Made by a program: the position numbers and the translations under genes | In this document: positions 1-9,791 of the stretch, piece after piece | Layout: every line of letters begins with the position of its first letter | Numbering within the stretch: position 1 is the stretch's first letter | Notes under the pieces: generated by a model | What the model saw: only the letters and a program-made list of their open reading frames with translations | Databases searched by the model: none | Told to the model about the DNA's origin: nothing | Assembly (NCBI GenBank): GCA_002269645.1 | Contig: NIVC01004055.1 | Coordinates: forward strand, 1 to 62,657 | From: Macrostomum lignano | Lineage: Eukaryota | Reading direction: 5' to 3' | Length of the DNA: 62,657 nucleotides

Positions 1-223
1 GGAGCCAGTAAGTAGTATAGAAAAAAAGGCGAGCGAAGCGAGAATTTTTTCTATGCTGCTTACTTTTGCGAAATCGTCCCTGATAAGTGTGCAACAGATG
101 TTGACACACTAAAAATGTTTTTCAACTTTAAACGCTGCGCAATAAAAAACGGTACGACCGATTTACAAACGGTTTTTTGCCAAAATGCGTCAAAGACCTA
201 GGGCTAACAGATCGCAGTGTTTG

Positions 224-264
224 GTTGTCATGGCGACGCGTTTTGGTTGCCATGGCAACCAAAA
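224..264. promoter_or_regulatory. Tandem RFX-type X-box pair (representative; one pair per full unit)
   Basis: GTTGTCATGGCGAC at 224 and GTTGCCATGGCAAC at 246, the latter inside the perfect 24-bp palindrome TTTTGGTTGCCATGGCAACCAAAA. Motif match only; function not shown. Confidence 0.5.
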
Positions 265-1727
265 CTGCGTTTCTTTCGACATTTGCAAAAAATTTGATCT
301 AAAAAATAAGGATTGAGAATATGGCAGCGCTTAGCGAGTGGCTCAGTAAACCGGGCATTTAAACGCTACAATGATCAGAAATGGATTTTTTGATTGTACT
401 TTAACTTTTAGGGTAAAATACAAAAAACGTGTTTTTTGAGGTCGAAAAATTGGCATTTTTTCAACTTTGCCTTACCGCAGCGAAAAGGACGCGCTTTCGC
501 GCGCCTTTGAGCTGCCTCCCTAGCCTTAAAAACACTTAAGGCTGTTTGATGCGCTAAATTTTTTTCGGCTAAAATGTACTTTTCACATGGCTGCCTATCT
601 GCACTTTAAAAGTACAAATTTTTAGTGCACTTTTGTGAGGCCTATCTCGTCGAGATTAAAAACTTTATTTTTTAATATTTCTACACCAAATTACTCAAAT
701 GGATGTCTTCTATTCGGAAACATCGAGGATTTGGCTGATTGGCCATCAATAACCTGCCCAGGTGCCAAAGAGTGCCTAAAACGACATTTCGAAAAATTGG
801 GTCACGTTTTAAAAAAGTAGTCCTCAAAACTTGAAAAAGTGTTTTATGCTACAGTGTTGAGACTTTAACACGACGTGTCAAACATATGGAAATTTGTTTT
901 CCTAAATTTTCTAAGCATTTGGACCTACCTGTGCTGAGCAGTGACCCGGAAACCAGGGAAAAAAGAGGCCGGGGGCACTGCAGAAAATCAGACGTTGTTA
1001 AGGAAATTTTTTTACTGGGGCAAAGTTTTTTCGAGTATGGCGTCAAATTGTAGCCTATCGGATGCCCTTTTGAATGACATAAGACACTGTGGAAAAAACC
1101 CCTGTTAACAGGTACTTTTTACCTGTTAAGTGAAAAACGGCCCATTCGGGGGTACAAACTTTGAAGTCGAAAAATAAGAATTTTTGCGCACCGATTTTTC
1201 TGCATTTTCAATATTGTTTAGTCGAATAGCTGAAGTTACACCGGTCATACGCCAATATGGCTGGAAAATTCGTATTTTTGAGAAAATTGGCTCCGAATTT
1301 TGAGAAGGCCATTTTTGGGCAAATTTTGAGCATACTTTTGCTAATAACTCTGCATTGGCAAGGCCTAGAGACTCAATTTTGGTGTCTAAAAACAGCACTA
1401 TGGATGCACTGTGCAACTAAATAAGTTTTGAAAACTGATTCTGAAGTTAATAGGTCTTAATACCTGTTTGAATACCTGTCAGAACAGGTGAAAATGCACA
1501 ATTTGGCGCCTAGGAGGCGTAAAATTTGTTGACATACTTTAAAAATGCATTAGATGAATGCGCCTTGATGTTATCTCTGTAACGACATGCGACTCGCATT
1601 TTTAGATGAAGGCGCTGCGATGCAGCGAGCAGAAATGTATGAAAAAGCAGCAAAAATCCTAAAAGTGGCTACCATAGGAATATTCGATATAAAGGGCGTG
1701 CACTGTAGAGCTTCGCTTAAGCAAGAG

Positions 1728-1806
1728 ATGGATCGGGGCCGAAGGCAGTTGCTTTGTAAATGGCCTAAACACGGGTTCGAATCCCAAGTGGGCCAAGTTT
1801 TTTTAT
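1728..1806 (+). promoter_or_regulatory. tRNA-derived module, A type (B box intact, A box degenerate); B boxes also at 8566, 15721, 22652, 25670, 50061, 53695
   Basis: GGTTCGAATCCC at 1774 followed by a T-run; same position in the unit as the B-type module. Confidence 0.5.
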
Positions 1807-2074
1807 ATTTAATTTTTTTAGCAGGAACGGATTTATTAGTATTTTCAATTCTCTTTCACTTGAATATAATTTAATATTGATTGTTTAATTTTCCTTTCCT
1901 TGTATACCTTATTAAAGAGTAAGAGTGAAGCTGAAAGTGCGGCACAGATGATTTGTTAGTGCAGAAAGAATATTACGATACATATCGGCAAGTATCATGT
2001 GTTGCGCGGTCGCCAAAGGCTTACAAGCAGTTTTAGCATGCTAAAAAGATGTGTTAGAGGTGGGAAAAGTTGCG

Positions 2075-2615
2075 GAGGGGTGGGTGGGGGAGCGGGGGTG
2101 TGGGGCGGCAGCCCCCACGTTACGCAAACCCCACAACAACAACCACCCTCCCCAACAACAACGCGCGGAGGGGTGGGGGAGCGGGGGTGTGGGGGCGGCA
2201 GCCCCCACGTTACGCAAACCCCACAACAACAACCACCCTCCCCAACAACAATGTGCGGGAGGGGTGGGGGAGCGGGGGTGTGGGGGCGGCAGCCCCCACG
2301 TTACGCAAACCCCACAACAACAACCACCCTCCCCAACAACAACGCGCGGGAGGGGTGGGGGAGCGGGGGTGTGGGGGCGGCAGCCCCCACGTTACGCAAA
2401 CCCCACAACAACAACCACCCTCCCAACAACAACGCGCGGGAGGGTGGGGAGCGGGGGTGTGGGGCGGCAGCCCCCACGTTACGCAAACCCCCAACAACAA
2501 CCACCCCAACAACAACAACAACAACCCAACAACAACAAAAACCCCAACAACAACAACCCCTTTTACAACCAACAAACAACAACAACCGCCTTAACAACCC
2601 TTTCTACACAACAGC
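2075..2615 (+). repeat. ~90-bp G-tract/CAA minisatellite, 5 copies plus CAA-rich tail (E1)
   Basis: GCCCCCACGTTACG recurs at 2111, 2201, 2292, 2383 and 2470. Confidence 0.9.
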
Positions 2616-2947
2616 AGAGTGGATATTCTTGTAATCTAATAAAATATTTTTTATTATTATATTTCTACAGTTATGTATAAACTTTGTTTAAATCAAATTG
2701 AAAATGCGGTATAGCCGTAAAATATAAAAACACGATATAGCGTTTTAATTAGTTCTTAATTTGGGTTAAATAAATAGGTCATAGCCATAAACAATAATGG
2801 ACATAATAAACCATCATAAGTATTTTTATTAATTTTTTTAAACAGTTTTGCTTAAACTTTGTTTAAATTAAATTATAATCAACTTGAAGCTTCTTAGTTT
2901 TTTTTTAATTTAATTTAAGCCATAAAAGTTAATAAGCAAATAATAAA

Positions 2948-2990
2948 CCATCGTCCCACCTTTGAAGACGACAGCGTCTTCATTCACTAG
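2948..2990 (+). other. 3' terminal structure (subterminal IR + 8-bp-stem hairpin + CTAG), representative of 11 copies
   Basis: CCATCGTCCCAC is the reverse complement of the 5' GTGGGACGATGG; TGAAGACG-ACAG-CGTCTTCA hairpin; TTCACTAG. Confidence 0.8.
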
Positions 2991-3083
2991 TTGTGGGACG
3001 ATGGAGCCAGTAAGTAGTATAGAAAAAAAGGCGAGCGAAGCGAGAATTTTTTTCTATGCTGCTTACTTTTGCGAAATCGTCCC
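2991..3083 (+). other. 5' terminal fold-back (subterminal IR pairs with a downstream IR and encloses a 21-bp stem), representative
   Basis: GGGACGAT (2995) pairs with ATCGTCCC (3076). AGTAAGTAGTATAGAAAAAAA (3009) pairs with TTTTTTTCTATGCTGCTTACT (3047) with two G.T pairs. The loop contains GCGAGCGAAGCGAG. Confidence 0.8.
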
Positions 3084-4739
3084 TGATAAGATGTGCAACA
3101 GATGTGACACACTAAAAATGACGTTTTTCAACTTTTAAACGCTGCCAATAAAAAACGGTACGACCGATTTGCAAAAAGTTTTTGCCAAAATGTGTCAAAG
3201 ACTTAGGGCTACCAGAGCCGCAGTGTTTGGTTGCCATGGCAATGCGTTTTGGTTGCCATGGCAACCAAAAACTGCGTTTTTTCGACATTGTCAAAAAATT
3301 TGATCTCAATTACAGCGGCAGGAAATTATGGCAGCGCTTAGTGAGTGTGCTCAAAGACGCGGGCATTAAACGCTACAATGATCCGAAATGGATTTTTTGA
3401 TTGTACTTTACTTCACAGGTAAAAGTACAAAAAACGTGTTTTTTGAGGTCGAAAATTTGGCATTTTTTTCAACTTTGCCTCACCGCAGCGAAAAGGACGC
3501 GCGATAGCGCGGCCTTTGAGCTGCCTCATAGCGTCAATAACACCTGGGGCTGTTTGATGCGCTATAGTTTTTAGGGCTAAAATGTACTTTTCACATGGCT
3601 GCCTATCTGCTGTTTAAAAGTACAAATTTTTAGTGCACTTTTGTGAGGCCTATGGCGTCGAGATGGAAAACTTTATTTTTGCTGTTTTGCATACCAAATA
3701 ACTCAAATAGATGTCTTTTAATCGGAAACATCGAGATTTGGCCGATTGGGCCATCAATAACCTGCCCAGGTGCCAAAGAGTGCCTAAAAACGACATTTTC
3801 GAAAAATTGGGTCACGTTTTTAAAAAGTAGTCCCAAAAAATAAGAAAGTGTTTTATGCTACGGTGTTGAGACTTTAACACAACGTGTCAAACATATGGAA
3901 ATTTGTTTTCCTGAATTTTCTAAGCATTTGGACCTACCTGTGCGGAGCAGTGACCCGGAAACCGGGGAAAAAAGAGGCCGGGGGCTCTGCAGAAAATCAG
4001 ACGTTGTTAAGAAAAATTTTTAAAATGGGGCGAATTTTTTCGAGTGTAGTGTCAAATTGTAGCCCATCGGATGCCCTTTTGAATGACATAAGACACTCCT
4101 GAAAAAACCCCTGTTAACAGGTACTTTTTACCTGTTAAGTGAAAAACGGCCCATTTGGGGGTACAAACTTTGGAGTGGAAAAATAAGAAATTTTGCGCAC
4201 CGATTTTTCTGCATTTTCAATATTGTTTAGTCGAATAGCTAAAGTTTCACCGGTCATACGCCAATATGGCTGGAAAATTCGTATTTTTGAGAAAATTGGC
4301 TCCGAATTTTGAGTAGGCCATTTTCGGGCAAATTTTGAGCATACTTTTGCTAATAACTCTGCATTGGCGAGACCTAGAGACTCAAGTTTGGTGTCTAAAA
4401 ACAGCACTATGGATGCATTATGCAGCTAAATCAGTTTTGAAAACTGATTCTTAGGTTAACAGGTCTTAATACCTGTTTGATTACCTGTCAGAACAGGTGA
4501 AAATTAATATTTTGGCGCCTAGCAGCCGAAAAATTTGTTGACATAATTTGAAAATGCATTGGATGAATGCGCCTTGATGTTATCTCTGTAACGACATGCG
4601 ACTCGTATTTTTAGGTAGAAGCGTTGCGATGCAACGAGCAGAAATGTATGAAAAAGCAGCAAAAATGGTAGAAATGGCTGCTATTAGCGATATTCGATAT
4701 AAAATACGTGTACTATAGGCCAACTTAGTAAGCAATTTG

Positions 4740-4815
4740 TGGCTCAGTGGCAGAGTTAGTTTCCATATAATTGAGTGCTGCAGGGTTCGATTCCCAAGAG
4801 ATCCGAAAAATTTTT
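4740..4815 (+). promoter_or_regulatory. tRNA-derived Pol III type-2 promoter-like module, B type (also 11545, 19303, 56393)
   Basis: A box TGGCTCAGTGG at 4740 and B box GGTTCGATTCC at 4784 with tRNA-like spacing, followed by a T-run. D-stem-like GCTC/GAGT and a 5-bp stem with 7-nt loop are retained; the acceptor stem is not. Confidence 0.65.
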
Positions 4816-5117
4816 AGTTTAAAGTTCTTTTAGAGCAAACAGATTTTTAGTATTTTTATTTCTCTAACTATTATGTTTTTTATACAATTAAATTACATTT
4901 ATTTAAATTTATTTTTCTTTTTATACGTATTTAAAGAGTAACAGAGAATCTTTTAGTGCGGCACGTATGATTGTTAGTGCAAAAAGTATATTACGATACA
5001 TGTCGGCAAGCAAGTATTTGATGTCTGGTCGTTTGAAGGCTAGAATATAGTTGTAACATATATACAAAGACGTGTTTAGATGTGGGAAAAGTTCTCGAGG
5101 GGTGGTGGAGCGGTGGG

Positions 5118-6657
5118 GGAGCCAGCCCCCTTTACCACTAGACTAACTAATGCCAGGGGCGTGGGGGGCGGCCAGCCCCCACTATACCACTTAGACTAAC
5201 TAATGCCAGGGGCGTGGGGGCGGCCAGCCCCCCACTATACCACTAGACTAACTAATGCCAGGGGCGTGGGGGGCGGCCAGCCCCCCACTATACCACTAGA
5301 CTAACTAATGCCAGGGGCGTGGGGGGCGGCTAGCCCCCACTATACCACTATACCACTAGACTAACTAATGCCAGGGGCGTGGGGGCGGCCAGCCCCCACT
5401 ATACCACTAGACTAACTAATGCCAGGGGCGTGGGGGCGGCCAGCCCCCCACTATACCACTAGACTAACTAATGCCAGGGGCGTGGGGGGCGGCCAGCCCC
5501 CCACTATACCACTAGACTAACTAATGCCAGGGGCGTGGGGGCGGCCAGCCCCCACTATACACTAGACTAACTAATGCCAGGGGCGTGGGGGCGGCGAGCC
5601 CCCACTATACCACTAGACTAATAATGCCAGGGGCGTGGGGGGCGGCCAGCCCCCCACTATACCACTAGACTAACTAATGCCAGGGGCGTGGGGGCGGCCA
5701 GCCCCCTACTATACCACTAGACTAACTAATGCCAGGGGCGTGGGGGGCGGCCAGCCCCCACTATACCACTATACCACTAGACTAACTAATGCCAGGGGCG
5801 TGGGGGGCGGCCAGCCCCCACTATACCACTAGACTAACTAATGCCAGGGGCGTGGGGGGCGGCCAGCCCCCACTATACCACTAGACTAACTAATGCCAGG
5901 GGCGTGGGGGGCGGCCAGCCCCCACTATACCACTATACCACTAGACTAACTAATGCCAGGGGCGTGGGGGGCGGCCAGCCCCCACTATACCACTAGACTA
6001 ACTAATGCCAGGGGCGTGGGGGCGGCCAGCCCCCACTATACCACTATACCACTAGACTAACTAATGCCAGGGGCGTGGGGGGCGGCCAGCCCCCACTATA
6101 CCACTAGACTAACTAATGCCAGGGGCGTGGGGGGCGGCCAGCCCCCACTATACCACTAGACTAACTAATGCCAGGGGCGTGGGGGCGGCCAGCCCCCACT
6201 ATACCACTATACCACAAGACTAACTAATGCCAGGGGCGTGGGGGGCGGCCAGCCCCCACTATACCACTAGACTAACTAATGCCAGGGGCGTGGGGGGCGG
6301 CCAGCCCCCACTATACCACTAGACTAACTAATGCCAGGGGCGTGGGGGGCGGCCAGCCCCCACTATACCACTAGACTAATAAATGCCAGGGGCGTGGGGG
6401 CGGCCAGCCCCCACTATACCACTAGACTAATAATGCCAGGGGCGTGGGGGGCGGCCAGCCCCCTACTATACCACTAGACTAACTAATGCCAGGGGCGTGG
6501 GGGCGGCCAGCCCCCACTATACCACTATACCACTAGACTAACTAATGCCAGGGGCGTGGGGGCGGCCAGCCCCCCACTATACCACTAGACTAACTAATGC
6601 CAGGGCGGCCAGCCCCCACTATACCACTAGACTAACTAATGCCAGGGGCGTGGGGGC
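5118..6657 (+). repeat. ~52-bp minisatellite (CCACTAGACTAACTAATGCCAGGGGCGTGGGGGCGGCCAGCCCCCACTATA), roughly 29 copies
   Basis: Direct tandem repetition; copy number estimated from length. Confidence 0.95.
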
Positions 6658-6769
6658 TTTTTAGCTCTCAATTTAGGTTAAATAAATAGATGTCATAGCC
6701 ATAAACAATAATTGACACAATATAAACCATCGTCCCACCTTTGAAGACGACAGCGTCTTCATTCACTAG

Positions 6770-9700
6770 TTGTGGGACGATGGAGCCAGTAAGTAGTATA
6801 GAAAAAAAGGCGAGCGAAGCGAGAATTTTTTTCTATGCTGCTTACTTTTGCGAAATCGTCCCTGATAAGATGTGCAACAGATGTGACACACTAAAAATGA
6901 CGTTTTTCAACTTTTAAACGCTGCGCATAAAAAACGGTACGACCGATTTACAAACGGTTTTTGCCAAAATGCGTCAAAGACCTAGGGCTAACAGATCCGC
7001 AGTGTTTGGTTGTCATGGCGACGCGTTTTGGTTGCCATGGCAACCAAAAACTGCGTTTTTTCGACATTGTCAAAAAATTTGATCTAAAAAATAAGGATTG
7101 AGAATATGGCAGCGCTTAGCGAGTGGGCTCAGTAAACGCGGGCATTTAAACGCTACAATGATCAGAAATGGATTTTTTGATTGTACTTTAACTTTTAGGG
7201 TAAAAGTACAAAAAACGTGTTTTTTGAGGTCGAAAAATTGGCATTTTTTTCAACTTTGCCTTACCGCAGCGAAAAGGACGCGCTTTCGCGCGGCCTTTGA
7301 GCTGCCTCCTAGCCTTAAAAACACTTAAGGCTGTTTGATGCGCTAAATTTTTTTCGGCTAAAATGTACTTTTCACATGGCTGCCTATCTGCACTTTAAAA
7401 GTACAAATTTTTAGTGCACTTTTGTGAGGCCTATCTCGTCGAGATTAAAAACTTTATTTTTTAATATTTCTACACCAAATTACTCAAATGGATGTCTTCT
7501 ATTCGGAAACATCGAGATTTGGCTGATTGGGCCATCAATAACCTGCCCAGGTGCCAAAGAGTGCCTAAAAACGACATTTTCGAAAAATTGGGTCACGTTT
7601 TAAAAAAGTAGTCCTCAAACTTGAAAAAGTGTTTTATGCTACAGTGTTGAGACTTTAACACGACGTGTCAAACATATGGAAATTTGTTTTCCTAAATTTT
7701 CTAAGCATTTGGACCTACCTGTGCTGAGCAGTGACCCGGAAACCAGGGAAAAAAGAGGCCGGGGGCACTGCAGAAAATCAGACGTTGTTAAGGAAATTTT
7801 TTTAAAATGGGGCAAAGTTTTTCGAGTATGGCGTCAAATTGTAGCCTATCGGATGCCCTTTTGAATGACATAAGACACTGTGGAAAAAACCCCTGTTAAC
7901 AGGTACTTTTTACCTGTTAAGTGAAAAACGGCCCATTCGGGGGTACAAACTTTGAAGTCGAAAAATAAGAATTTTTGCGCACCGATTTTTCTGCATTTTC
8001 AATATTGTTTAGTCGAATAGCTGAAGTTACACCGGTCATACGCCAATATGGCTGGAAAATTCGTATTTTTGAGAAAATTGGCTCCGAATTTTGAGAAGGC
8101 CATTTTTGGGCAAATTTTGAGCATACTTTTGCTAATAACTCTGCATTGGCAAGGCCTAGAGACTCAATTTTGGTGTCTAAAAACAGCACTATGGATGCAC
8201 TGTGCAACTAAATAAGTTTTGAAAACTGATTCTGAAGTTAATAGGTCTTAATACCTGTTTGAATACCTGTCAGAACAGGTGAAAATGCACAATTTGGCGC
8301 CTAGGAGGCGTAAAATTTGTTGACATACTTTAAAAATGCATTAGATGAATGCGCCTTGATGTTATCTCTGTAACGACATGCGACTCGCATTTTTAGATGA
8401 AGGCGCTGCGATGCAGCGAGCAGAAATGTATGAAAAAGCAGCAAAAATCCTAAAAGTGGCTACCATAGGGAATATTCGATATAAAGGGCGTGCACTGTAG
8501 AGCTTCGCTTAAGCAAGAGATGGATCGGGGCCGAAGGCAGTTGCTTTGTAAATGGCCTAAACACGGGTTCGAATCCCAAGTGGGCCAAGTTTTTTTTATA
8601 TTTAATTTTTTTTAGCAGGAACGGATTTATTAGTATTTTCAATTCTCTTTCACTTGAATATAATTTAATATTGATTGTTTAATTTTCCTTTCCTTGTATA
8701 CCTTATTAAAGAGTAAGAGTGAAGCTGAAAGTGCGGCACAGATGATTTGTTAGTGCAGAAAGAATATTACGATACATATCGGCAAGTATCATGTGTTGCG
8801 CGGTCGCCAAAGGCTTACAAGCAGTTTTAGCATGCTAAAAAGATGTGTTAGAGGTGGGAAAAGTTGCGGAGGGGTGGGGTGGGGGAGCGGGGGTGTGGGG
8901 GCGGCAGCCCCCACGTTACGCAAACCCCACAACAACAACCACCCTCCCCAACAACAACGCGCGGGAGGGGTGGGGGAGCGGGGGTGTGGGGGCGGCAGCC
9001 CCCACGTTACGCAAACCCCACAACAACAACCACCCTCCCCAACAACAATGTGCGGGAGGGGTGGGGGAGCGGGGGTGTGGGGGCGGCAGCCCCCACGTTA
9101 CGCAAACCCCACAACAACAACCACCCTCCCAACAACAACGCGCGGGAGGGGTGGGGGAGCGGGGGTGTGGGGGCGGCAGCCCCCACGTTACGCAAACCCC
9201 ACAACAACAACCACCCTCCCCAACAACAACGCGCGGGAGGGGTGGGGGAGCGGGGTGTGGGGGCGGCAGCCCCCACGTTACGCAAACCCCCAACAACAAC
9301 CACCCCCAACAACAACAACAACAACCCCAACAACAACAAAAACCCCAACAACAACAACCCCTTTTACAACCAACAAACAACAACAACCGCCTTAACAACC
9401 CTTTCTACACAACAGCAGAGTGGATATTCTTGTAATCTAATAAAATATTTTTTATTATTATATTTCTACAGTTATGTATAAACTTTGTTTAAATCAAATT
9501 GAAAATGCGGTATAGCCGTAAAATATAAAAACACGATATAGCGTTTTAATTAGTTCTTAATTTGGGTTAAATAAATAGGTCATAGCCATAAACAATAATG
9601 GACATAATAAACCATCATAAGTATTTTTATTAATTTTTTTAAACAGTTTTGCTTAAACTTTGTTTAAATTAAATTATAATCAACTTGAAGCTTCTTAGTT

Positions 9701-9791
9701 TTTTTTTAATTTAATTTAAGCCATAAAAGTTAATAAGCAAATAATAAACCATCGTCCCACCTTTGAAGACGACAGCGTCTTCATTCACTAG
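6770..9791 (+). mobile_element. Unit E3 (type A, near-identical to E1 and E7)
   Basis: Junction to junction; same diagnostic variants as E1/E7. Confidence 0.8.
8868..9415 (+). repeat. ~90-bp CAA minisatellite, 5 copies (E3)
   Basis: Direct tandem repetition. Confidence 0.9.

Larger units (their letters stand above)
1..2990 (+). mobile_element. Unit E1 (type A tail: ~90-bp CAA minisatellite), 5' tip outside window
   Basis: Window begins inside the 5' fold-back (GGAGCCAGTAAG). Unit ends at the CTAG of the 2948-2990 terminus. Confidence 0.8.
2991..6769 (+). mobile_element. Unit E2 (type B tail: ~52-bp minisatellite)
   Basis: Runs from TTGTGGGACGATGG at 2991 to CTAG at 6766-6769. Confidence 0.8.

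Noticed and set aside
1126-1416. Recurrent 60-120 aa ORFs in the unit core (MHSASIVLFLDTK..., MRIWQRLASG..., MAGKFVFLSK... etc.)
   Set aside because: They recur only because the DNA is repeated; they are broken by indels or start changes in sister copies and show no protein motifs.
1501-1512. E2F-like TTTGGCGC site in each unit
   Set aside because: A single 8-mer per unit, changed to TGTGGCGC at ~25397; no other support.
1999-2680. 100-235 aa Gly/Pro/Gln/Asn-rich ORFs over the 90-bp minisatellites (all copies, both strands)
   Set aside because: Several frames are open simply because the repeat lacks stop codons, and frames shift with G/C-run length between copies. No domain is recognisable.
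5118-6657. CRISPR-like appearance of the 52-bp hairpin repeat
   Set aside because: Monomers are directly adjacent with no unique spacers, there are no cas genes, and the context is eukaryotic.
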